Source: a bacterium (GTDB lineage Bacteria > SZUA-182 > DTGQ01). From it: a stretch of DNA of 36,464 nt. Positions 8,711-17,617 of this stretch are shown here, piece by piece (positions within the stretch are counted from its first letter, which is position 1; every line of letters starts with the position of its first letter). The notes beneath the pieces are model-generated. The model was not told the DNA's origin. It was given only the letters and a program-made list of their open reading frames with translations, and did no database searches. The translations under genes and the position numbers were made by a program. The stretch is taken from contig JBFMGO010000053.1 in NCBI GenBank assembly GCA_040752695.1, forward strand, positions 1-36,464, read 5' to 3'.

Positions 8711-9958
8711 ATGAAGATACTGATTGCTTCACCGCTCTTTACCGGTCTTTCTTCCATTATTTTAGGGGAAAAAGAGGCTGTTGGCATGCCCGCAGTTTAT
8801 AAATTTCAAAAGGACCTGGCAGCCAGAGGGCACGAGGTAGTAATGGTAGGGCCTCCAGTTATGGCGGATCTCTATGATATGATCGGAAGCGATAAATCTG
8901 TCACGAGAAACAATATCAAATACGTTCTCCTGCGGCCGGCGGGAAGTTTCCAAAGGTGTAACTACCTTGGCACTGCATCTCGAAGAGTGAGCAATTTCAG
9001 TGACTTCATGTACTACGCATCGAGAATCGGCCAGGTGATCAAACAGGAATCCCCTGACCTGATCTATTCAGCCTTTCAATTGGGGATGATAGGAAATTAC
9101 TATGCCAGGAAAAGGAACCTGCCATCGGTATTAAGAGCGTACGGAACCTTCCTTGGGTCAAATGTCAGGCCAGGCAATTTATTCCACTGGTCATATAAAT
9201 GGAAAAACATTACTGCCTGGATGTCCTTCAAATCACACTATAGTTACCTGATTATGACAAATGACGGAACCAGGGGTGATGTCGCAGCCAGAGCCTTTGG
9301 AGTACCTGAGCATAAACTGAAATTCTGGATTAACGGCGTCAAGAAGGATACCCCGGAATTGTCACAGCAGGATAAGACCCAGATCAGAAAAAAGCTGGGC
9401 TTTAAGGAAAATGACAAGGTTATCATAACGGTTTCCCGTTTAGAGGACTGGAAACGGGTAGACAGGGTTATTCAGGCAAGCCCCCAGGTGATTTCCCGGT
9501 TTCCTGAGGTAAAATTCCTGATTGTCGGAGATGGCCCTGAGATGCAGAATCTGCAAAATCAGGCATCCCGTCTGGGAACTAAAGATCATATCCATTTTGC
9601 CGGATTTATCCCCCACGAGAGTGTAAGCAACTATATTCAGGCAGCAAACGTCTTTGTATCCGTTTATGATGTCTCCAATCTCGGCAATCCCATTTTAGAG
9701 GCTATGGCCAGCGGGATGGGGATTGTCAGTATTAATGACGGCTCTCTTACGGGAGTCATCGAAAATGGAGAGACTGGCATTTTGATCGATAAGAATAACA
9801 TTGAAGAGGAACTGCCTGAAGCGATTATCAGCATGATTGATGAAGACAGGGCCCATGCTCTTGGAGAAAAGGCGAAAATGTATATAAAAAATTGTCTGGA
9901 ATCATGGGACCAGCGAATTGCCAAAGAAATAAACCTCCTGGAAAGTTTAGTCAACTAA
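8711..9958 (+). CDS. Glycosyltransferase family 4 (GT-B)
   Basis: LAARGHEVVMV, TVSRLEDWKRVD, FLIVGDGPE, NLGNPILEAMASG, IENGETGILI. Confidence 0.92.
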   Translation: MKILIASPLFTGLSSIILGEKEAVGMPAVYKFQKDLAARGHEVVMVGPPVMADLYDMIGSDKSVTRNNIKYVLLRPAGSFQRCNYLGTASRRVSNFSDFMYYASRIGQVIKQESPDLIYSAFQLGMIGNYYARKRNLPSVLRAYGTFLGSNVRPGNLFHWSYKWKNITAWMSFKSHYSYLIMTNDGTRGDVAARAFGVPEHKLKFWINGVKKDTPELSQQDKTQIRKKLGFKENDKVIITVSRLEDWKRVDRVIQASPQVISRFPEVKFLIVGDGPEMQNLQNQASRLGTKDHIHFAGFIPHESVSNYIQAANVFVSVYDVSNLGNPILEAMASGMGIVSINDGSLTGVIENGETGILIDKNNIEEELPEAIISMIDEDRAHALGEKAKMYIKNCLESWDQRIAKEINLLESLVN

Positions 9959-10029
9959 AGTTACGGTTGAAAAGCACAAAGTTACTGGTTATATGTTTCC
10001 AGACTTATTGAAAGCCTGAGCCTCAACTT

Positions 10030-11154
10030 ATGTCCAAGTTACGAATCCTCCTTATCACTTCTGCCTCCCATGATATGAGTAAAAAAAACCTGAATTCATA
10101 TCAGCGGGTATATTTCATGAGCAGGGATGCAGACTTGACAATTCTGGCAGCGAAGAAATCAGACTTTTCGTCTTCTGCTTCCAATAGGACCCACATCATA
10201 AATGCTTCCATCAATGGGAAAGCAGGGCTGATCCTCTTTTCTTTCTTTTGGTTATTAGTACCGGGGAAGAAGAAAAAATACGACATGGTCATTACAGAGC
10301 CGTCAATAATCGGAGTATGCGGCTTTTGGGCTAAAGTGGTATGCAGGATGAAGTGGGTGGTGGACATCTGGGACATCCCCATAAGATGCCATTCAAAATC
10401 GGCTCTCTTGAGAATAAAAGCATGGCTCACCAGAAAAATTTTTAAGCGCTTATATCAGTTTGCAGATCTTTTTATCGTTTCAATTTTACCTGATTTTGAA
10501 TTGAAGGAGTTCGATCTGCCGCCTGAGAAAATGTTAATCCTCAAGAACGCCATCTGGCTGGACGGGGAAAAACCTGCTCGATGGACATGTAGTAATCAAA
10601 ATTCGTTTAACATTTTATGCATGCGAAGCCTGCACACAAGCGATATGGGACTCGATATCCTTTCCGCGGCTTTTCTTGCTTTACAGGAAAAACTACAGAG
10701 GATCTCCCTCACTATTATAGGAATTATTCCCGAAGATATCAAATATCAGGTAGCCGGCTTGGAAGGTTTGAAAAATGTAGAGTTTCATGAATTCGTTGAA
10801 CACGATCGATTATTGGAGATGATCCAGGCAGCATCAGTATGTGTTATCCCATTTAAGAACGTACCAGACCTTTCCCAGACCTATCCGGTAAAAGTATTGG
10901 AGTATTTTTCCCTGGGGAAGGCTATCATCGCTTCCGACATAGCCGGTATCAGCCATATGATCAGGAACGGAGACAATGGCTTGCTTTTTCGTGCAGGGGA
11001 TTATCAGGATCTGGCTGAAAAAATTCAGCAACTCTTCCATAACCGCACCCTCATGGATGCACTTTCAAAACATGCTCTGGAATCAAGGAGCGAGTTTGAT
11101 TGTGTGACGAAAAATGAGGTCATACTTCATAAACTTCAACACATGCTCTCATAA
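10030..11154 (+). CDS. Glycosyltransferase family 4
   Basis: YPVKVLEYFSLGKAIIASDIAG and IRNGDNGLLF..D..DLAEKI. Confidence 0.9.
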   Translation: MSKLRILLITSASHDMSKKNLNSYQRVYFMSRDADLTILAAKKSDFSSSASNRTHIINASINGKAGLILFSFFWLLVPGKKKKYDMVITEPSIIGVCGFWAKVVCRMKWVVDIWDIPIRCHSKSALLRIKAWLTRKIFKRLYQFADLFIVSILPDFELKEFDLPPEKMLILKNAIWLDGEKPARWTCSNQNSFNILCMRSLHTSDMGLDILSAAFLALQEKLQRISLTIIGIIPEDIKYQVAGLEGLKNVEFHEFVEHDRLLEMIQAASVCVIPFKNVPDLSQTYPVKVLEYFSLGKAIIASDIAGISHMIRNGDNGLLFRAGDYQDLAEKIQQLFHNRTLMDALSKHALESRSEFDCVTKNEVILHKLQHMLS

Positions 11155-11157
11155 AAA

Positions 11158-12249
11158 ATGAAAAAAGTCATACTATTACAGAAATATATAGCTCCTTACC
11201 GAATACCGCTTTTTAATAATCTGGCTCAATATCCTGATGTCGATTTTACCATGGTTTATTACGGCACTAAGGAAAAAAGACGAATATGGACTCATTTTCC
11301 CCAGAAAAGATTTCCCGAATTACAATCCAAGTGCTTAAGTATTAAGGTCAATTATGAACAAAATATAGAGCTGCCAGTATCTGTTTTAACAGACTTGAAT
11401 AAGCTAAGACCAGATATAACTATCTGTGCTCCAGATTTTGGAGGTATTGCAGCTTATCTCTATTCAAAAAAATCACCAAAGGGTAAATACATTATCTGGA
11501 GCGAGGCTACTCATACTACTGAAAGGAAGGTCAGCTCTGCCAAGAAATATTTAAGAAAATTTATTTTCAATAATGCTGATAAATTCATTGTCCCTGGCCA
11601 GTTAGCAAAAAATTATATATATGAATATGTCCCCCTGGCACCAATTATCTATGCAAATAATTCAATCAATGAGAACAATTTTACGATATCAAAAGAGCAA
11701 TTGTACAGCAAATTTTCAGGGGATAAATTAATTATCACCTTCAGTGGTTCATTGGTTGAGAGAAAAGGTATTATCCTTTTATTAAATGCATTTAAAGGTT
11801 TGATGAAAGAAAAATCCTACCTTAAGGAGAGATGTTTCTTAAGGATCATGGGAGTGGGACCTCTCGACCTGTCAGCCTATAGAGAGGAAAATATTTCTTT
11901 AGAAGGCTTCTGCGAGGGTGAAAGGTATTGTAACCTTATGAAGGAAAGCCATATATTCATATTGCCTTCCTTACAAGATCCTAATCCCTTAACGGTTATT
12001 GAGGGGCTTTTTTCCGGAAATATTATTATTGTTTCAGATGGGGTGGGAAATTACCCTGAAGCTGTCAGGGATAATGGCCTTGTCATTCAATCCGGCTCCT
12101 CGGCCCAAATCAGGAAAGCCCTTGATTTCATTCTTAATTTACCAAGGGAAAAATTAACCGAAATGGCCCTGAATTCCCTCGCTCTCTCTGAGACGTTCAC
12201 GACCAAAAAGAGCCTTGAAGGTTTTGTTTCCGCACTGGGACTGAATTAA
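11158..12249 (+). CDS. Glycosyltransferase family 4
   Basis: IAPYRIPLF, IIWSE, FSGSLVERKGI, IFILPSLQDPNPLTVIEGL. Confidence 0.9.
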   Translation: MKKVILLQKYIAPYRIPLFNNLAQYPDVDFTMVYYGTKEKRRIWTHFPQKRFPELQSKCLSIKVNYEQNIELPVSVLTDLNKLRPDITICAPDFGGIAAYLYSKKSPKGKYIIWSEATHTTERKVSSAKKYLRKFIFNNADKFIVPGQLAKNYIYEYVPLAPIIYANNSINENNFTISKEQLYSKFSGDKLIITFSGSLVERKGIILLLNAFKGLMKEKSYLKERCFLRIMGVGPLDLSAYREENISLEGFCEGERYCNLMKESHIFILPSLQDPNPLTVIEGLFSGNIIIVSDGVGNYPEAVRDNGLVIQSGSSAQIRKALDFILNLPREKLTEMALNSLALSETFTTKKSLEGFVSALGLN

Positions 12250-13449
12250 GTGGGTGATCTGAAAAAAAGAGCCTCTATCCTGTGCTTTGCTCATCTTCCC
12301 CCTCCTGTTCACGGTGTTACGCTTATGGGGCAGATAGTAGTAACCTCGCAAGCTCTCCACACCTCATTCCAGGTAGATATTTTACCGCTCCATTGTTCGC
12401 AGTCCATAGAAGACATCGGCAGGTTTCGGTTAGGGAAGTTCATAAAGATATTTCGGCTGGCATGGGATTTATTCCAGCGATGCCTCACGATAAGACCCGA
12501 TCTGGTTTATTTCACGCTCGCACCTACAGGAAGCGCCTTCTACCGTGATCTTCTCTTTGTGGCCATACTCAAAATCACGGGCTCATCACATGTGTATCAC
12601 CTTCACGGCAAGGGGATCGCCAGGCAGGCTTCGGGCTCATTCCTCAAAAAACAGCTCTACCGGTGGGCCTTCGGAAAAGCTCAGGTCATTCACCTTTCCC
12701 CAAAGCTTTACTCTGATATCTCTCAGTTTGTGCCTAAGAATAAGTGCCACTTCCTGGCAAACGGAATTCCCGATTCTGCCGATGGTTTTAAATCCGCTCA
12801 GGTCAGGAAGTCTGCGGACAAGACACTGTGTATCCTGTATTTTTCCAACATGATGATTACCAAGGGCCCCCTGGTGCTCTTAGAAGCCCTGGTCAATCTG
12901 AAACGCCGGGGAGAATCCTTTCACGCTCTCTTTGCCGGCGGGTGGGCTTCCGATGGATGTGCTGAGCAGTTCTCCTCGATCGTCCGGGAAAATGAACTTC
13001 AGGATTTTGTTGAATATCTTGGCCCAAAATATGGTTCTGACAAGTCTGATCTTTACAGAAAGGCTGATATTTTTGTCTTTCCGACCTATAATGATGCTTT
13101 TCCTTTAGTCCTTTTGGAGGCAATGAGCTATGGACTTCCGGTAATATCCACCTTCGAAGGTGCAATTCCTGATATTGTTCAGGATAACGTGACAGGCTTT
13201 CTCATTCCTCCGAAAGATCCGGAAAGCTTGACCAGTTCGTTATCGGTTCTGTTGAATAATCACGATCTTCGTTTTCAATTTGGGCAGGCGGGAAGAAAGC
13301 GGTTTATCGAATGCTTCACCCAGGATACCTTCGAAATCAATCTGGTCAGTACGATCGAGAAGTGCCTTAATGGTAAGGGCAATCGAGAAATGCCTTACGG
13401 TGAATTGCATAAAGCTCATGCCAGGCACCATCACCACGGCGGGGAATAA
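12250..13449 (+). CDS. Glycosyltransferase family 4
   Basis: LPPPVHG, YHLHGKG, FSNMMITKG, ADIFVFPTYNDAFPLVLLEAMSYGLPVIST. GTG start directly abuts the upstream stop. Confidence 0.93.
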   Translation: MGDLKKRASILCFAHLPPPVHGVTLMGQIVVTSQALHTSFQVDILPLHCSQSIEDIGRFRLGKFIKIFRLAWDLFQRCLTIRPDLVYFTLAPTGSAFYRDLLFVAILKITGSSHVYHLHGKGIARQASGSFLKKQLYRWAFGKAQVIHLSPKLYSDISQFVPKNKCHFLANGIPDSADGFKSAQVRKSADKTLCILYFSNMMITKGPLVLLEALVNLKRRGESFHALFAGGWASDGCAEQFSSIVRENELQDFVEYLGPKYGSDKSDLYRKADIFVFPTYNDAFPLVLLEAMSYGLPVISTFEGAIPDIVQDNVTGFLIPPKDPESLTSSLSVLLNNHDLRFQFGQAGRKRFIECFTQDTFEINLVSTIEKCLNGKGNREMPYGELHKAHARHHHHGGE

Positions 13450-13452
13450 AAA

Positions 13453-14781
13453 GTGATCCCTTACCCGGTCCCGTACCTTCTCATCTTCATCACGGTGGCT
13501 GCGCTGGTAATCGACACCAGGAAGGGAATACTGATAGCCTTAATCGTCCGCCCCATAATCGACGCCTGCTGGCCATATAGATATGGCCTCTTGGGCATCC
13601 GTCCTCCGGAAATCATAGGGGTTGTATTTCCGGTGCTCGTTTTCTTTAAAATAATAACCTCTGAAGATCAGAGCTTTTTCGATGCTCCCTTATCCTGGAT
13701 CTGGATAGTGTATATCTACTACCAGTTATTCAGTGCCGTGATGATTCTAACCACGGGAAATGGCTTCATGGATGCTCTGAATTTCTTCATGAGAGCCTTC
13801 AACGGCTTTATCGGGTACTACCTTTTTCAGGAATTTTTCCATGAACATGACCATTTTAAATGGCTCTTAACCGCTCTTTTATTGAGTAGCTTCTTCCCCC
13901 TTGCTACCTCTGTGTACCAAAATATATTAGGAGGGACAATACGCATCGAGGAGACAGTCGGGGGATTAGTAAGAAACATCGGTTTTTACCACGACGCATT
14001 TACCCTGCGGCTGTATTCGTTACAGACAATAACCGCCGCTTTGCTCTATTGGGTTTATTTCCTCGACAAGAAAAATAAATATTTTATAGTAAAGGGGAGT
14101 CTTTTATCGACGGGGCTCCTTTGTGTTATAACCATCTACAGGCTGTATTCCAAAGCCGGATATTTCATCCTGGCCGGGTGGTTCATCGTCTGGTGTTTTT
14201 TACGGAAAAATTTTCTGGCACTCGCTGCTCTTGCTATCATACTGACCGCCTTTTCCTTAACAAACGTCAAGTGGACACAGACGATAGGAACGGTCTTTTT
14301 AAAAGAAACGGGTGCCCTGAAAGGCGATGTTGAATTGGACCAGACTTTTCAGGGAAGGTGGTACGGGTGGAAATCCAATCTCAACCGGTGGATTGATGCT
14401 CCAATATACTTGAAACTGATTGGAGACGGCTCTGCGAGTACAGGCATGCATAATGATTTTCTCAGGGCATTGTTTGGGACCGGTGTTATCGGCCTGCTGA
14501 TTTACCTTATCCTTCTGGGAGCCACAGGCATAAAGATATTGGGAAAATTCAGGGGAGAAATCAATCCCTTGATCATCATGGCCCTGATGCTCTATATGAT
14601 GTGGTGGATCGATGCTCTTGGTCTGGTACCGGGAGCTTACACGTCGTATCAATGGTATGCATGGGGTTTTATAGGGCTGGCACTGAGGGAAGTTAAAGGC
14701 TTCCCTGTGGCCGTTAAAGCCGACCAGCAGCAATGTTCTCACATTTTTCAGCCTGATGGCCATGAACATTCAATTCGATAA
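13453..14781 (+). CDS. wzy: Wzy-like polymerase / O-antigen ligase family membrane protein
   Basis: About 11-12 TM segments, periplasmic loop with TFQGRWYGW and the MHNDFLRALFGTGVIG motif (Wzy_C type). Confidence 0.75.
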   Translation: MIPYPVPYLLIFITVAALVIDTRKGILIALIVRPIIDACWPYRYGLLGIRPPEIIGVVFPVLVFFKIITSEDQSFFDAPLSWIWIVYIYYQLFSAVMILTTGNGFMDALNFFMRAFNGFIGYYLFQEFFHEHDHFKWLLTALLLSSFFPLATSVYQNILGGTIRIEETVGGLVRNIGFYHDAFTLRLYSLQTITAALLYWVYFLDKKNKYFIVKGSLLSTGLLCVITIYRLYSKAGYFILAGWFIVWCFLRKNFLALAALAIILTAFSLTNVKWTQTIGTVFLKETGALKGDVELDQTFQGRWYGWKSNLNRWIDAPIYLKLIGDGSASTGMHNDFLRALFGTGVIGLLIYLILLGATGIKILGKFRGEINPLIIMALMLYMMWWIDALGLVPGAYTSYQWYAWGFIGLALREVKGFPVAVKADQQQCSHIFQPDGHEHSIR

Positions 14782-16474
14782 TACTCTTTACACGATCCCT
14801 GATCCGATCCAGGACGAGGATGAAGCCATCATTCAGGTTGAAAAGCTTGCTATCATTCCAGTCCCTGACAGCGTAAAAAAAGACCGGTTTACCTTCTCAC
14901 ATTCACTTTCCAAATTGTGGTTTTTTCTGATGCATGAGGGAGTTCGGTTAACATTCGATAAAACATGGTCTTCGATCTTCCATAAGAAAGTCATTTCTGA
15001 AAGACAAATAGTATTCGCCTTTGGAAAAATAAAAGACTCAGGCCATTTTGCCATTGCTGTCGGCCCCCAGTATTGCCCTTATGCAGACTGCCTTTTATTT
15101 CCTCTTGCGCTGACGCTCAGAATAGACGAAGAGAATACTGTGGATGATTATTATCAAACCGTACGGGAATACCTTGGGAGCAATCCTGAAACAGCGGAGG
15201 CACTCTATCATTATTCAAAACATTCAGGGAATGCCCTGCCATTGTGCTTAAAAAAAATCATAGATCAGACCAAACCGGGGCATCGTGCCATTTCCGTTAC
15301 GGACAAGACCTTACAGCAGGCAAAATTTACAGCAGGCAGGAATGAAGAAGGAAAGAAAAAGAAAAAAACTCAGAAAAACAGATTTCATTTATTCCTGGCA
15401 GGAGGAGGAGCCTATGCCACAGCGTACATTTTGCCAAGCCTGAAAAATGTGAATTACCATACGGTTATCGATCTTAATCCGATATTGGCCAGCGTTACCG
15501 GTGCAAGATATGGATTTCTCCATGCGGACACATCGTATCACAGAGCATTGGACAGATTGAAGGAGAGCAGGGATTCACTCCTGGTCGTTGCCACCTACCA
15601 TTCCACTCATTTACCGATCATTGAACACGCTTTATCAAACAATCCGGATACAAAAATATTTTTAGAAAAGCCTCCGGTAACAACCGAAAACCAGTTGAAA
15701 AAGTTGCTTGCCCTGAGAGACGATCCCCGGCATTTTATCGAAATTGGATACAACCGCCGTCACAGCCCCTTCATTCGTGAAGCAAAAGAGAGAATGGACT
15801 CTCTGTCCGGGCCGATGACCATGATTTGCGTCGTGAAAGAACTGACGATTCCCACTTCACACTGGTATTACTGGCCGGATCAGGGAACACGGGTTACCGG
15901 AAATCTCTGTCACTGGGTTGATCTCGGCGTACACTTCATCGGGAAGAAACCGCTGTCTATTACCGCAATTTCAGCCTCACATAAATCTTGTGCGGACGAA
16001 ATTTCAATCTCCGTTTTATTCGAAGAGGGGTCCTTGCTTACCCTGGTAGCTTCAGATCGAGGGAACCAACTGGCCGGTGTCCAGGAATATATCGAAATAA
16101 GACGGGCAGATTTGACCATAGCTATACATGACTTCATGCATATGCACATACGGCAGGCAGGTAAACAATGGATCAGGCGCAAAATGATAAGAGATAAAGG
16201 TCACAAAAGGATGTACAGAGACTTTATAAACCGGTGTGAAAAAAATCAAAATCCAGGGTATCCCAATGATGATCTTTTTATCTCCACCATACTATACCTG
16301 ACTATGAAAGACGTCCTGGTAAGAAAGGAAAAATATTTTGAGTTTGACAGATTGACATTCGAATCAATCCGTGAAAACGAAAAGGTGTCTGGAACTTTAA
16401 AAGGAGAAAGAAAGAGAAATTTGCCCCAGGGTTCGAGAGAGATTTCCTCATGCTCGACCAACGCTATTCTATAA
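14756..16474 (+). CDS. Gfo/Idh/MocA family oxidoreductase with a ~200-aa N-terminal extension
   Basis: LAGGGAYA, VATYHSTH, IFLEKP, IGYNRRHSP, GTRVTGNLCHWVD, DKGH. Confidence 0.85.
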   Translation: MAMNIQFDNTLYTIPDPIQDEDEAIIQVEKLAIIPVPDSVKKDRFTFSHSLSKLWFFLMHEGVRLTFDKTWSSIFHKKVISERQIVFAFGKIKDSGHFAIAVGPQYCPYADCLLFPLALTLRIDEENTVDDYYQTVREYLGSNPETAEALYHYSKHSGNALPLCLKKIIDQTKPGHRAISVTDKTLQQAKFTAGRNEEGKKKKKTQKNRFHLFLAGGGAYATAYILPSLKNVNYHTVIDLNPILASVTGARYGFLHADTSYHRALDRLKESRDSLLVVATYHSTHLPIIEHALSNNPDTKIFLEKPPVTTENQLKKLLALRDDPRHFIEIGYNRRHSPFIREAKERMDSLSGPMTMICVVKELTIPTSHWYYWPDQGTRVTGNLCHWVDLGVHFIGKKPLSITAISASHKSCADEISISVLFEEGSLLTLVASDRGNQLAGVQEYIEIRRADLTIAIHDFMHMHIRQAGKQWIRRKMIRDKGHKRMYRDFINRCEKNQNPGYPNDDLFISTILYLTMKDVLVRKEKYFEFDRLTFESIRENEKVSGTLKGERKRNLPQGSREISSCSTNAIL

Positions 16475-16529
16475 AGTTCGTACGCGCGGGAAATCTTTAC
16501 GGGAATTCTACCGGACGAGGACGGATTAC

Positions 16530-17591
16530 ATGTCTATTGTGGATTTTGAAGTTTTAAAACACCTTAATACACATAACCTTCCAAAGCAGGCGGAAAATGA
16601 GAGCACCCGGAAGTTAGAAGGGAAAAATGGGGAAATCGCTCCTGCTCGATCGCCAAGAAACGTGCAGATTGATTTTTTAAAAGGACTTCTTGTCCTGACG
16701 ATGATTATTTATCATGTTTCTTACAATTTTTACCAAAATCATTATTCTATTATCGCCATTACCCAATTCGCATCCGGAGCGTTTATCTATATCACGGGCT
16801 TTTTCGTCGGGTATTATTACCTCAATAGATATCCCAACCGTCTCGATATTACGAAACGTTTATTCATAAGATTTCTTAAACTTTTTTTGATTTTTTCTCT
16901 TCCTAATATTTTTTTATTTCTCAAAAGTAAATCATTCATTGATGTACTTTATACATATTTTATTCTCGGAACAGGAAAAACTCATTTTGAGATATTGCTG
17001 CCTATCGCCTATACACTGTTTTTCTCTTCATTTTTGGTTCTTTTTGTAGAAAAGCATGAATATTGCTTTCACGTGTTGCTCATAATTCCCTATCTTCTGG
17101 TAATATTCAATATCATTCATCTGCCAACAAACTCATTATTCTGTTTAATCGGTCTATTCGGATTTGCCAATTCTCTTCTGATTTCCCGGCTGCGAAACTC
17201 TCTGCCTCTTAAAGCAGTATGCTTCATAGCCGCGGTTGTATTAGGATGGTCATTTCTCGAATTTGAAATTCAAAAAAATTCGATTCTTTACCTGCTTTAT
17301 ATTATAACAGTTCTGGTTTCCCTCTATAATATCGGTTGCTTCTTATCGTTTAAAACGAAATTAGAAAAGTGGATAGTGCTCATTGGACGCTATACTTTAT
17401 TTGCCTATTTATACCATTTAGTCATAATTGTGTCTGCTTATTCACTCTTCCCTATAAAAGTGAATGCCTGTTTGACTTTTGCCATTATTGTTTTTGTTAC
17501 TTTCATTTTGGTAGTATCACTCTTCCTGTTAGAACGTCTGAGAAGGAAAGTTACCATCATCAATAAATCATATGGATTCATTTTCTCTTAG
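16530..17591 (+). CDS. Integral membrane acyltransferase (acyltransferase-3 / OpgC-like)
   Basis: RNVQIDFLKGLLVLTMIIYH, F(I)YITGF, RFLKL, IGRYTLFAYLYH and about 10 TM segments. Confidence 0.75.
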   Translation: MSIVDFEVLKHLNTHNLPKQAENESTRKLEGKNGEIAPARSPRNVQIDFLKGLLVLTMIIYHVSYNFYQNHYSIIAITQFASGAFIYITGFFVGYYYLNRYPNRLDITKRLFIRFLKLFLIFSLPNIFLFLKSKSFIDVLYTYFILGTGKTHFEILLPIAYTLFFSSFLVLFVEKHEYCFHVLLIIPYLLVIFNIIHLPTNSLFCLIGLFGFANSLLISRLRNSLPLKAVCFIAAVVLGWSFLEFEIQKNSILYLLYIITVLVSLYNIGCFLSFKTKLEKWIVLIGRYTLFAYLYHLVIIVSAYSLFPIKVNACLTFAIIVFVTFILVVSLFLLERLRRKVTIINKSYGFIFS

Positions 17592-17617
17592 CAAGCCTTG
17601 ACGAATTCCCGTAAAAG

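Noticed and set aside
8495..8787. Short minus-strand ORFs over the MITE-like element
   Set aside because: About 60 aa each with no transposase motifs; they are translations of palindromic DNA.
16508..16516. CTACCGGAC, a partial match to the MITE terminal repeat
   Set aside because: Only 9 bp with no partner end, which is compatible with chance.
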